Shown in pieces: positions 1 to 11,100 of a stretch of 64,000 bases of DNA. The notes beneath the pieces were generated by a model, which was not told the DNA's origin, ran no database searches, and saw nothing but the letters and a program-made list of their open reading frames with translations. Positions within the stretch are counted from its first letter, which is position 1, and each line of letters begins with the position of its first letter. A program made the translations under genes and the position numbers. Origin of the DNA: a virus (taxonomy: Duplodnaviria > Caudoviricetes); IMG/VR virus record IMGVR_UViG_3300030330_005091, positions 1 to 64,000 of that record; one strand, written 5' to 3'.

Positions 1-1
1 C

Positions 2-1600
2 ATTCATAAAATACATGTTCTGTATTGTTGTTAATCTTCGATCACTATCCAAAAAGGAACCACCAGTCTTTTTTAATCGATACGCTATTGTTTCGGCTGG
101 ACCTTTGTTATTTTCTAAAGTATCTAAAATCCTTCTAACATCATATTGTCCATCGGTAGCAGTAACAATATTGTTCATTTTGTTTATCGTGTCTTCGATT
201 GCTTGTGCAGTTTTCATTCGCTTGTAGAAACTAAATCTAGAATCAGCGTTTTCTGTTGTTATGGTGTTGAGTGAGCGAGGGCCCATAAATATTCCATCTG
301 ATTCCTTGGAAAATCCTGTCGAATCATATATCCCACCGAGCGCAGCCAAAAAATCTATGGAAGCTCTTTTATCGTTAGACAGCTTAGTTTCATAAACAAG
401 CACGGTGTCGTCATCTTCGTTTTTATAGCCGCCTTGTAGCATATGAGTTTCTTGAACAAAATTAAGATTTTCGTTAGCTGCTCCAAAATTATTTTTTAAG
501 AAATACAATAAATCTTCTTGAATATTGTTATCTTTAATGATATCAGAATAGTATAAACTGCTAGTTGACGAAAACGCTCCTTCAGTTGGAAATTTTACAT
601 ATGCCGACATTGGCATTCGATGCACTTCATCGTTAACATGTTTAAACCAAGTGCCAGTAAAGTCAGAATCATAATATAGTGTGCTGGATGCTTGTTTAAT
701 AATGTTTTCTGTTTCGGCTGAAAACGAGGCGCTTGTATAGTCTTTTCCAAGATAATCTCTGAATCTCTTCGTCTGATCAAAATATCTAAGCTCACCGGGT
801 GCGCTATATATATCTCTTTCTGCCTTATAGTGTGGTGGAGGCTCTTCCGTGCTTGCGTCATTAAATAACGATTTTAAACCTGGAATTGGACCATCGCCAG
901 TCGGCGCGTATTTATCAAGAGTTACAAAGTCTCTTATGTATTTTGGATATTCTTTTATCAAATCTGTTGAGTTTGCAGTCATTTGCAACATATAAACGTT
1001 AGGTAAAATTAGATTATTGGTCTCTTTGATTGCATTTTCATATTCTGGCAAATGATAATTATAGTTATATGCTATTTCGTAGTGCAAGAAGTTTTGATAT
1101 GAGGTGATGGTATCAACATCCCTTGCTAACTCTTTAGCTCTTGTGATATTTAACGGCCTAACATAATCATATGAATGATCGTTAAATGTTGCACTTTCAA
1201 AAATATTTTTATAATTTTCATTATTTAAAGTTCCGCCCAGTAATAATGTTTTCCAATGTAGATCAGAATCAACATTTTCTTCATCGCCAATTAATCTGCA
1301 ATTGAATTTTCTAGTTTCTACTGCTACATCTGCAGAAGATGACATACGTGGGCCAAAATCGCGTGTTTGCATTCCCGCTATGTATGTGGAAGGAGGCACT
1401 ATATATATGGGTGGTTCATCGCCGGGTCCTGAACCAACTAACCAATCATCGGCCTCAACAGCGTTTTTAACAATTTTGGTGTGGCCTTCATCGTCAGTTA
1501 CCACGTAGTGATATAAACCAAACTCTGTTCTCAGTGCATCTCTTGAGCCTGATAGCATGTTGTTGTCAATATTGGTAATGCTTATTCTGTCGATGGACAT
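2..1600 (-). CDS. Large hypothetical (probably virion) protein, C-terminus truncated by the window edge
   Basis: ATG at 1600 (MSIDRISITNIDNNMLSGSRDALRTEFG...) just after the stop of the upstream gene. My manual translation stays open to the window start, which is why it is missing from the ORF track. Confidence 0.8.
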   Translation of the reverse strand, partial: MSIDRISITNIDNNMLSGSRDALRTEFGLYHYVVTDDEGHTKIVKNAVEADDWLVGSGPGDEPPIYIVPPSTYIAGMQTRDFGPRMSSSADVAVETRKFNCRLIGDEENVDSDLHWKTLLLGGTLNNENYKNIFESATFNDHSYDYVRPLNITRAKELARDVDTITSYQNFLHYEIAYNYNYHLPEYENAIKETNNLILPNVYMLQMTANSTDLIKEYPKYIRDFVTLDKYAPTGDGPIPGLKSLFNDASTEEPPPHYKAERDIYSAPGELRYFDQTKRFRDYLGKDYTSASFSAETENIIKQASSTLYYDSDFTGTWFKHVNDEVHRMPMSAYVKFPTEGAFSSTSSLYYSDIIKDNNIQEDLLYFLKNNFGAANENLNFVQETHMLQGGYKNEDDDTVLVYETKLSNDKRASIDFLAALGGIYDSTGFSKESDGIFMGPRSLNTITTENADSRFSFYKRMKTAQAIEDTINKMNNIVTATDGQYDVRRILDTLENNKGPAETIAYRLKKTGGSFLDSDRRLTTIQNMYFMN

Positions 1601-1607
1601 AATTTAA

Positions 1608-2492
1608 TTAGCTCTCTTCGTCGTATGTAGTAGTAGTATTAAAACTTGTGGCAGACATTGGATCTGCTTCTGCCCCAATAGATGTTTTTAGTAATTTAGA
1701 TATGACGTTTCTTTCTTGTTTTATTATTTTGGGAACAAACTCTCTTGTTATAACAGTATTGTAAACATCAAGTGCAGCGGTATCAAAAATGTTATTTAAA
1801 TAATTTTGTGTTGCCAAATCTGGGCTAGCCTGATCAACTCCGGAAATTGCTCCATATTTTGTTCTAAAGCCAAGTTTTTCATTTGAACTATAACCAACAC
1901 CTGTTCGAACTTCAAAACCCCAAGTTTCTGAATCAGAAAAATCTATAGCTCCACCATAAAAAGGGTTTGGTGTGACCCCATCGTCCATTCTTGAACGCCC
2001 AGTATCATATACCAAACTAATTGCCGGTTGGGGGTTTCCGTGTTTACCACATGGAGAAAATATTTTAAACTCTCCAGTGCCTATTTCTCCACCAGCAGTT
2101 ACAGAATCTTCTATAGTATCCATATAGATTGCTATATTTCCGTTAATATAGGTGTCCGGATCAAAGGCTGCTCTACCATTAACCACTTCACTTATTGATT
2201 TAGTTGATATTTTAAACTGATCTAACAAATAACCTTCAGTATCATGATTACCTTCGATGTCAAATGAAATATCATAAAATATTTTATCACTTTTAAATTG
2301 TCTAGAATATTCTATCATTTCATCTACATGATTCATGACACTATCCCTAACTTCAGGATCTGACAGCACAGCTTCAGATGGATACATATTTGGGCTTGTA
2401 GTCTGATCTTCAGTTGGGTCATACTCAAAAGGCTTTATATTAAGAAAGATAAACTCGTCGTCGTCGCCATCATCTTCAAATTCATTAAACAT
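1608..2492 (-). CDS. Hypothetical acidic protein (structural module)
   Basis: 294-aa ORF, TAATG-coupled to the upstream gene; no recognisable motif. Confidence 0.75.
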   Translation of the reverse strand: MFNEFEDDGDDDEFIFLNIKPFEYDPTEDQTTSPNMYPSEAVLSDPEVRDSVMNHVDEMIEYSRQFKSDKIFYDISFDIEGNHDTEGYLLDQFKISTKSISEVVNGRAAFDPDTYINGNIAIYMDTIEDSVTAGGEIGTGEFKIFSPCGKHGNPQPAISLVYDTGRSRMDDGVTPNPFYGGAIDFSDSETWGFEVRTGVGYSSNEKLGFRTKYGAISGVDQASPDLATQNYLNNIFDTAALDVYNTVITREFVPKIIKQERNVISKLLKTSIGAEADPMSATSFNTTTTYDEES

Positions 2493-3058
2493 TATCTATT
2501 GTTCCTTAGTGATCTTAATGCTGGAGTGTATGGATTTAAAAAGTTTATGTCATACAATTTTGAGACAACTATATCGTATTCATATGGATTTTCTTCTTTT
2601 ATTTTTTCTTGCTCACGGGCATAGTTTTTTGGAATATCTTGGTCTAAACGATAAAAGTAATTTGCTTCGTCTTTCATAACATTTTTAATATAAATTTTTC
2701 CTTTACCAATGTTTTTAAAAATACCCATATCTATTTTATTAGGATTTAAAACTATTTCTGAATCAGTTTGTTGAGTTAATAATGAAAAGTCAGGGATGTT
2801 TATTTTGGGATCTAAAACCTGTGAGCATCCCAAGGTTGTTAGTATGTCTTGTGCGACTTTGTTGTTATCACTGTGTGCTTCTATTTTAAGGTTACCGTTC
2901 TTGGCTAAATTAATTCCTAATTTATTAATTTTCATGGAGTGAAAAGACATTGGACTTAATGGCGATGTCAGACGTCCGTTAAATACTCTTGTTGTCGAAG
3001 AGCGCACTCTAGTTTTTGCTATTTTATCGCTTATCAAAGCTTGCATATTAATTTGCAT
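2492..3058 (-). CDS. Hypothetical protein
   Basis: 188-aa ORF with GAGG RBS and an upstream CTATTTAT motif. Confidence 0.75.
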   Translation of the reverse strand: MQINMQALISDKIAKTRVRSSTTRVFNGRLTSPLSPMSFHSMKINKLGINLAKNGNLKIEAHSDNNKVAQDILTTLGCSQVLDPKINIPDFSLLTQQTDSEIVLNPNKIDMGIFKNIGKGKIYIKNVMKDEANYFYRLDQDIPKNYAREQEKIKEENPYEYDIVVSKLYDINFLNPYTPALRSLRNNR

Positions 3059-3076
3059 AATCTTGTCCTCTTTTTA

Positions 3077-3084
3077 ATAAATAG
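3077..3084 (-). promoter_or_regulatory. Putative phage late-promoter motif CTATTTAT
   Basis: Intergenic; the same core recurs upstream of several genes (23273, 32875, 54884). Confidence 0.5.
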
Positions 3085-3099
3085 AAAATAAAAAAATTA

Positions 3100-6000
3100 T
3101 TATACATCCATGTCATCAGTATCAACAGCAACAACATCACCTGTCAAATAACTGTATCCTAGATAATCTAAGTTAATTGACTTTGGTAATAAATCTGATG
3201 GTATAATTGCGACATATCCATTAGTTGAATGGTCACTACCGCCAAATTTATGTATTTTTTTATAAAGATCTACAGGCATCCTATCTGTGACCGCACCGGT
3301 GCCGGAACCTGTTCCACCTCTGTAAAATCTTTCGAAAAAATCTCTTAATAAATCTCTAAAACTTTCTGCTTCATTTAATGTTATATTTGCTGGGTGTAGT
3401 CTTTGTGATAAATCTATTGCGGCTGCTTTTATCAACTCCATAGAACTACCAAATCGATTTAAAACTAAATCTTGGTGGGTAAAGTAAACCAATGGAACTC
3501 TATACCAAGGCGCTAAATGAGGTGCACCAGAATAACTATCTAAAACTCCGTCAATAAAAAACTTATTCATTCTGCCATCTGAAAAATTATGACTACATTC
3601 TTCGATTAATGCATCATAATAAACATCATATTCGTTTATTGCTTGCGTAAACGTTTTTACTATATTGGCATACATATCTGCTGTTCTATCTTCCACATTA
3701 ACTGCCATTATATATGAATTTCCAAATTGATTTTGATCAAATAAATAGTCTGCCCCATAATCGCTACCACCGCCACCGCCAACATCACTTTTTGGCTGAC
3801 CGTGGCCATCTGCGCCTGCACCTACCTCAAATGATCCAGCTACATCTTGAAACTCATAGCACAACAATCTATAGTTATGATCTGCAGTTGGGGATGCAAA
3901 TTGAAAACTTCTAGGTATTAGATATGTAAATTTTCTTTCGTCTTGGCCCAAAAATCCAGGATTACCCCACGATGGCTGTGAAACATATGTGCCAAGTTCA
4001 GCACCCTGTGCATCACCAGCATAGCGTTGTTTAGTAGGAAAACTCATATGCTGAACGTCTGGTAGTGCAATTGCTGTGAGGTGATAGCTTGAATTATGAT
4101 TATCTCCACCATAATCTGGGATCCCGTCACCTTCTGTCGGGTCTTGGTTATAAGGATACGATATAATACGACCTAATGGCTCCGGCTCGGACGGATAAAC
4201 GCTATCATATGTTACTCGATCATTGTGGTTCGGAACGTTAGCCCCAATAGAATTTAAACCAGACAAATGACTATAATTAAAGTCTGTAGTAACTCCCTCC
4301 ATGATTAACTCACTCGCGGGGATAACTTGTTGTGCATAATCTACAGGCTGTGTTGGGTCTAGATCTGCGTACCTTAAATCATAAAACTTTTCCATTTCAG
4401 CACTCATTACTTTAAAGTATGTGTGTGTGAGCTGTCTTCCAAACAATGTTTCAATTTTTTCTACATTTAGCGCTTTTGAAATGTCAGACATTTTATTTAG
4501 CGCTTTTTCATAATCAAAAAAGACAAACCCTCTTAGGTAGTTATTATATTTTGTATAAATTAAGTCCACGCCAGCTTCACCACCAAGCGCAACCACCTGT
4601 TCATATAATTTTATGCTTTCGTTAATGTGAGATGCTTCTATAAGGGCATCAAGATAAGCTTCATAATTTTGTGTAAATTTTTCTATAGCCCCTTTAATTT
4701 TCATACCAGAATCAAAAGTTACTGATTTTACTTCTTTGTCGTCATCAGAACCTGTCCAGTCGATGCCTGCCCATTCGCCTTCAGAGTCATCCGTGCGAAT
4801 AATATTAGTTTTATCACCAGATTGCCAATCAGCATACATTAGGGCTGTGGCAAGTTCAATAAACGTGTTTGGCTCTTCAAGGTCTGCGTCTTTAACTAGC
4901 AGGAAATAATTCATATAATCAACCTTGCCACCGCTGGCGTCTATATTTCCACTTGTTGCGGCCTCGGTCGCCTCATCAACGGCTGCGATGGCGGCGCCGA
5001 CGGGCGAGACGGCGCCTGCGATGAGTACCCTGCCCCAATCAAAACCTGAATCATCCGCAGCGTCCTGTTCAGCGCTGGAGGTCCATGACATACCTGTGAC
5101 ATCAAGAGTTTTATATATCTTTCTTCTTCTGGTAGCATTGGAGTCAAGAAATGCATATGTTTGTTTGCGTGTATTTTCTTCAAGTGCTTCAGCAGTAACT
5201 GATGTTCTGCTTGCGCCTTTTGGGCCTATTTTTATATTTTTATCATTAAGCAGTCTAGCATAGTATCTATGATCAAACGGCCATAACTTAACCGTAAGAG
5301 AAGTTGCTGATGGGCTCCCATTGAAAAAACCATCACCATCAACATCACCACCTTCACTAAGATACATTTCATTTAAATCAACAGTAAGGCCGAGACTAGG
5401 GACAGAGTTTGATGATATTGTAGTTGGGTCATTCGGGCCGTGAAGACCATCAATGCTCATAAATAAGTAATCGCCTCTGTGTAATCTGCATGGAGATGGA
5501 ACAAATTCTGGTATACCTTCGTTTAACTGAGAACCTTTTGTGCTATCTTCTAATTCTTGGAAGGCCTCGTTAATTTTAACCCAGATTTGGTCATATGCTT
5601 CTTGACACTGAGCTTCGATAGCTTCCAGGCCATCGGTCAATCTTGCTAATTGTTCTGACATACCGTCAACTTGCGCTTGTGCTGCATCGGTAGAAAAACT
5701 ATAGCCACATGGGAGTGAGTATGCTCCGAGTTTAGCCCTTTTTGTGTATATGTAGTTTGTTGCTTTTTGCCAGCTGTAGTATTCATTAAACTCTGGGTGC
5801 TCATAAATTTCTAGTGATGTTTCTCTGCCATCAACAACTGTTGGACTTAAATTAAACATTTTTTGTAACGGAATACCTCTCTTAACAGCATTATTGGTGT
5901 TATACAGTCTGATTTCTAGTTTTTCATGAAATCTTCCCACAGGGGTTGCCGTAGACGTTTCAACAAATGTTTTTCTAAATTCGTTTAATTTTACCAATAT

Positions 6001-7050
6001 ATCTGACCCACCTCCGTGAACAATTAAGGTATAAGCCAAATCGTCAAATTTTGCCTGCAACTCTGAATCACTAGTAGTGCCTATTAGATCACTGAACGAA
6101 CTTACAATATTATCGTTTGTTAGTTGTGAATTTCCATAATACATGCTATCAATCGCTTGCAACACAAAGCCGTCAAAATGTTCGCCGTTAGCTGTTTTAA
6201 AAACAGTAGTCTCGCTTCCTTTAATAGCTCTATCTGCTGATATTTGCTCATAAGACAAGTCCGAAACTTGTGAAAACATTATGTTTGCACGAGCGCTATT
6301 ATTGATTATGCGAGTCCTCTGTTCTTCAGTAAATTCGTTAGGATATTCTTGTAGACTGGTAGTGAAAGCTACAAAATTGGTTTTTAACCCAGATAACATC
6401 TTATTTACAAACGCAGATATAGTATCTCCGCCTACCCTAAGTTCGGGGTTATGTGTTATTTCTATGTTTGTTGTATATTTGTGTATCAATTCTCCTTGAG
6501 AATTATACAAATCTTCTTTGGTGTATTCACTTAAAGATAATGGATCGTGATATAAAACAGTAGAACAATTTGGAGGAGCCCAAGAAAGATCATCATATGT
6601 TCTTACTTGATCAGCAAAAAACCTTTCATCATCTCCAACAGTTGTATCAATATTGTAAACTATATTGGTGGGAGTAGCTATTTGTAAAACATTTATTGTG
6701 TTATCTAATAATTTGTCAAATAAAGCTGTTCCTGTGGTTGTATGTGATATGGGACCGTATTTTTTTGTATATTCTTCGTAGTTGTCGTCTACAGTTAGCG
6801 ATGTAACGCTATCGTAACGTTCAGTTTTCACCCCATCAGCAACAGTTACAATTGATACCTTAAGGTTTTCAAGAGAGTTAATATAATCAGTATAAAAATT
6901 AGATTCTAACTCATCATTTTTTGGTGGTTTTATATAAAAAGATAATTGTATTTCAAAGGATTGATTTTTTATTACAATTTTTTCCATATATGGCACTGGT
7001 AACCTAGCACCAAATCGTGTTACAAAATCTCCATCTATGTTCATGGGCAT
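3100..7050 (-). CDS. Large hypothetical virion-associated protein (~1315 aa)
   Basis: Long ORF, probable start 7044 (ATGA overlap). Central coiled-coil-like segment, DxDGDG loop and Ala/Gly hydrophobic helix; lies in the structural module. Confidence 0.75.
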   Translation of the reverse strand: MPMNIDGDFVTRFGARLPVPYMEKIVIKNQSFEIQLSFYIKPPKNDELESNFYTDYINSLENLKVSIVTVADGVKTERYDSVTSLTVDDNYEEYTKKYGPISHTTTGTALFDKLLDNTINVLQIATPTNIVYNIDTTVGDDERFFADQVRTYDDLSWAPPNCSTVLYHDPLSLSEYTKEDLYNSQGELIHKYTTNIEITHNPELRVGGDTISAFVNKMLSGLKTNFVAFTTSLQEYPNEFTEEQRTRIINNSARANIMFSQVSDLSYEQISADRAIKGSETTVFKTANGEHFDGFVLQAIDSMYYGNSQLTNDNIVSSFSDLIGTTSDSELQAKFDDLAYTLIVHGGGSDILVKLNEFRKTFVETSTATPVGRFHEKLEIRLYNTNNAVKRGIPLQKMFNLSPTVVDGRETSLEIYEHPEFNEYYSWQKATNYIYTKRAKLGAYSLPCGYSFSTDAAQAQVDGMSEQLARLTDGLEAIEAQCQEAYDQIWVKINEAFQELEDSTKGSQLNEGIPEFVPSPCRLHRGDYLFMSIDGLHGPNDPTTISSNSVPSLGLTVDLNEMYLSEGGDVDGDGFFNGSPSATSLTVKLWPFDHRYYARLLNDKNIKIGPKGASRTSVTAEALEENTRKQTYAFLDSNATRRRKIYKTLDVTGMSWTSSAEQDAADDSGFDWGRVLIAGAVSPVGAAIAAVDEATEAATSGNIDASGGKVDYMNYFLLVKDADLEEPNTFIELATALMYADWQSGDKTNIIRTDDSEGEWAGIDWTGSDDDKEVKSVTFDSGMKIKGAIEKFTQNYEAYLDALIEASHINESIKLYEQVVALGGEAGVDLIYTKYNNYLRGFVFFDYEKALNKMSDISKALNVEKIETLFGRQLTHTYFKVMSAEMEKFYDLRYADLDPTQPVDYAQQVIPASELIMEGVTTDFNYSHLSGLNSIGANVPNHNDRVTYDSVYPSEPEPLGRIISYPYNQDPTEGDGIPDYGGDNHNSSYHLTAIALPDVQHMSFPTKQRYAGDAQGAELGTYVSQPSWGNPGFLGQDERKFTYLIPRSFQFASPTADHNYRLLCYEFQDVAGSFEVGAGADGHGQPKSDVGGGGGSDYGADYLFDQNQFGNSYIMAVNVEDRTADMYANIVKTFTQAINEYDVYYDALIEECSHNFSDGRMNKFFIDGVLDSYSGAPHLAPWYRVPLVYFTHQDLVLNRFGSSMELIKAAAIDLSQRLHPANITLNEAESFRDLLRDFFERFYRGGTGSGTGAVTDRMPVDLYKKIHKFGGSDHSTNGYVAIIPSDLLPKSINLDYLGYSYLTGDVVAVDTDDMDV

Positions 7051-8105
7051 ATTTCTGGCTCCGTTACTGGTCCATATATATCATAGTATACACTTTCAGC
7101 TTCTGTTTGTTCACAATCAAAGTCCAAATCAATATAATATGATTCTTTTGAAAATAATTCTAAACCTTTGCAAGCATCTTTGTGACTAACTTGTTCGTCT
7201 GTTCTTAAGTTAAAGAAATATTCAACTTGAGTATTGTTTGTTTCCATAGGAATATTGTCATATCCCGTAAAATATTCTTCCGTTATTAAGCCATCTTTTA
7301 TTGATAAAAAGTCTTTCACAAAAGTTTTTCTTATAAGTTCATCTGTTTTGTTTCCACCAGTATACGTGGGGTCGAATGCATCAATATTAATTTCAAACAC
7401 CTCTACATCATAATTTTCGTTTAATAAAATTGTATTTAGCTCTTCTAAATATAAAATTGTATCATCTTGTTCTAATTTTATAAATTTATTATCAGAAAAT
7501 GATCTTGTCTGCATTTCTGCTTGGTTAATTGATGTGTTTTCTACCATATTTTTTGAAGCTCTGTCATGTATTTTTAGTTCATAGTTTACATCTATATTTA
7601 TCTGTGGAATTAAAACATCATTCTTAGTGTCACGCTTAGTTGAAGAAGATATCTGCCCCTTTAAAGTTACAAGCTTCCAAGCTGGGGCAACCTGCTTTTC
7701 ACCTTCAAGGAGCGCATCGCCAATCATATGCTCAAATCTAAATATATCTTTTCTTGGCTTTAAGTTTGTAGGTATATAATCTACTTCAAAGTATCTTTGT
7801 CCAGGATCTCTTAATGTTGTTGAGTCGCCTCCGAAGGGATCCGATTTCTCTACAAGAGTGTTTGGCGACTTTTCTACTTCTTCAAACAAAACAAGGCTTT
7901 CAATATACGCAGTATTGTCTTTGATTCTTTCATGTGCATCGTTTTGATTTTCTGTTATGCTAGCATACTTGCCATCATAAATTATATTATCATCAAAAAA
8001 ACCATAATATTTAGGATCGAATGTCCCATTAGACAACAAATAGTGACCATACGAAGTTAATTTGAAATCGTATACCTGTTCTTTTTTATTTAAAAACTTT
8101 GCCAT
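7041..8105 (-). CDS. Hypothetical virion/baseplate-region protein
   Basis: 354-aa ORF with GAGG RBS, directly downstream of the giant LamG protein. Confidence 0.75.
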   Translation of the reverse strand: MAKFLNKKEQVYDFKLTSYGHYLLSNGTFDPKYYGFFDDNIIYDGKYASITENQNDAHERIKDNTAYIESLVLFEEVEKSPNTLVEKSDPFGGDSTTLRDPGQRYFEVDYIPTNLKPRKDIFRFEHMIGDALLEGEKQVAPAWKLVTLKGQISSSTKRDTKNDVLIPQINIDVNYELKIHDRASKNMVENTSINQAEMQTRSFSDNKFIKLEQDDTILYLEELNTILLNENYDVEVFEINIDAFDPTYTGGNKTDELIRKTFVKDFLSIKDGLITEEYFTGYDNIPMETNNTQVEYFFNLRTDEQVSHKDACKGLELFSKESYYIDLDFDCEQTEAESVYYDIYGPVTEPEICP

Positions 8106-8116
8106 TTTTCAAACCT

Positions 8117-11100
8117 CTAGTAACTAGAACCTCCACCAGAATTACCACCACTGCCACCACCACCTTGGTTGCCACCGCGGTTGTTACCAAACATTATATC
8201 AGTTCCGGTTCCACCACCAGAACTGCCTCTTGATTTTCCTTTTTTGCCACCTTTTCTCGATGTTGGGATCATTTCTGCTGTTCCAGCTTTCTTTGTTCTC
8301 TTGCTCATTTTACGTGCTTTCTTACTAGCAAACTCTTTCTTGGCTCTGCTTAATTTTGCACCCTTAAGAGAACCAATAGGATTAAATTTTAATACACTTG
8401 ATGCAAACGGCGCGACAACTGGGTTAACCATTTTTTGTAACTTGAGTGTTCCTACTTTTGATTTACTCAAATCAGCCATTTGCATTTCGCCTCTAAGTTG
8501 TGTAAGCTGTGGCATATCGCTGAATAGTATTTCAGAATTAACTTTGATCATCTCAACAAACGAGACATAGTCATATGGCCAGTTGTGAGAGTATCTATAG
8601 GTGTTCAACATCTTAAGATTATCATTAATTGATTTTTGACTGATGTTGAGGGACGCTATTTGTTTAGAGCCTGAATCATCACGTCTTTTTGCAATTTGTG
8701 TGTCTGTTTTATCCCAATAACTATCTTGCCCTTTTTGCTTAACCTTAAAGACCATCCAACGCAATTGTTGGTTTTCTTCTAATGTTTCTTCATTAAGAAG
8801 TTCGGCGTCAATTAATTCATGTGCAATTGATTCATATTGAAATTCTATTTTTTGATATTCTCTTGGTGCTAAGTTCTGCCAGATATATGACAAATCATCT
8901 TTATCAAGCTCATATTTAAATTCAAATATATACATAACAAAAGGATCTACAGCGCCTTCTGGGTTACTAACAAAGTCAAGTTGTGGTGGGAATATATATC
9001 GCTCCATTTTTTGTATTTGCTTACTAATGGAGGCACCGGCAGCTTGCAGTGAGTCGCCAACAGCGCTTCCTATTGCTTTGTTCTTGGCAGCTTCGTATCT
9101 TTGTTTAGGAATTTCAATAAATGATTTTCTATACTTACTTGCATCATTTTGTTGATCAAACCGTTTTGGCTTTTCAATTATGTATGGTATTGCCACAACA
9201 GCCTCACGAAGAGTGGTTTTTTGCTTTATTTTACCAATTTTTTGTTTTAATTTGGTGTCGAATCCTACCAAGTCGGCCAAAGAAAGAACTTCATAATCTA
9301 CAACGCCATCGTTTGTAAAATTATTATATATACTCTTCATATCTTTGACTAAATAATGATTTCGCAGCCAATTATCAGGAATATCTTGAATACCAATAAA
9401 TACTCCCTCTTTGCTACTAGGTATTTTACCAAACTGATGCCACATTCCTTTTGGAGTTGATTCTTGGCTATAATGATGCGGATATGTCACACTAGCTGAA
9501 TTAAAGTTTAGCATTGGAGTTTCAAACTTAGTTCTGATGACCCATCTTTCTCCTACAGTGGTCCCGGGACGGGTTGAGGATACATTTCCAAATTTATCAA
9601 CTTCAACAAACTGCTCTCTTTCAAGACCAAATAAGTTAAAGCTTGATGTTAATTGCATTGAATTTAAGTTAATCTGAGAACCACCATAAGGCAGATAGGA
9701 TATCGGATTTCCATCAGCATCATTGGCATAATCTGGTATAAGTGCGTTTGAGAAACCCGAGGTTGGCCCCCCCAAGTCAACAAAACAACGCCTCGGACCT
9801 GGATCAAATCTCCAACAAACGGGACTAGTTTCAGCCATAATATCTTTTAAGGTATATGTAGAACCAGAATTTGGTCTGAATATTAAATCGACCCAAGCTT
9901 CACCATCATAATAAGGCGGAGTATATGCTGGGTTAATTCCCACATGAGAGTCTAATGCTCCTGATGTTAATCCGCTCAGAACATTTTGCGCAGCGGCGAC
10001 CGGGGGGGTTGTTGGCACTAATAAATGAGCACCTCCACCCGGTCTTCCTTGTAAGTCTGGCCCAAATGCTGACGGCCTACTATACATTGTAAATGTTTCT
10101 GCGAAGCTTGGGTTGTATATTGGATCTTGAGGTATCTCATAATAGGCAGCAGGTGTGTTCGATGCGGCGCCAAGGCCGATATTGTAGGCGCCAGAGAGCA
10201 TAATAGGATAACCGGCGGCTCCTGTGGGTATTGTTCCGCCACCGGAGGTCGCTCCTGCAAAAAGAATCGGCCTTCCGCCATATAAACCAAATGAACTTGT
10301 AAATACACCAGCAGAGTTTGAATAAATTCTACCAAAACCATCAATTTCGTGTTCATATGTTCGAGGTCCAGTTGTGCTTCGGTTTAAAACAACCCTCATC
10401 ATGTAAGTTTCGGTTCCTTTAAATTTAAAAGTATCAGTATTAAGAGCCGATTTTATACTTGTAAATTCTTCGTTTTCAAGGAAAAATGTTGGAACACTTC
10501 CAAAAAAGTTGTTAGCCATTTTTTTATAATCATTTTTGAAATCATTTTTAATAAAGGAAGCGGTGACTGCGTGAGCTTGCATATATGGATTAGCTTCCAT
10601 GTCATAAAAAGATCTATTTGTTAGATATTTTTCAGGCTCCAACATTGTTTCAAAAGGAAGGCGCGTATCAAAAAAGCTGTATTTCGGTTGATAGTCAAGG
10701 GCGCCTTGGGCGGTTACTTGATAAGCAGGATTAAACGTAGTGGTCCACGATGCGGAAGTATTGTAAGTGGTGCCGGTTCTTTGCGCCCTACCATCGTCCT
10801 GATAATCTAACTTAGTTGGATTGGTAACGATTGGATAATCGACAGCCATACCTGATTTTATTGTATTATACAATATGCCTGGAGAGAATAACGTATCAGT
10901 CAACGGCTTAAGAAATCTTGATTTTGATGTGGCATTACCAATTGGTACTCCAAAGACAGTAAATTGTTTTAATCCGGGAGCCAAAACAGACCAAAAAGAA
11001 GAGGTTCCAGGAAACCAAGTGTATGCTGGCAAACCTGAGAATTTTGGACTGGTTGCCATCATATTGTTGACATAAGAATCTTTAAATTCTTCGACCATTT

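Noticed and set aside
15-1508. Short ORFs 15..227(+), 595..861(-), 1302..1508(+)
   Set aside because: They are shadows of a single long minus-strand ORF (1600 to window start) that the track omitted because its stop lies outside the window.
8125-8260. CCACC-rich repeats
   Set aside because: These are simply Gly codons of the low-complexity C-terminal tail, not a DNA repeat element.
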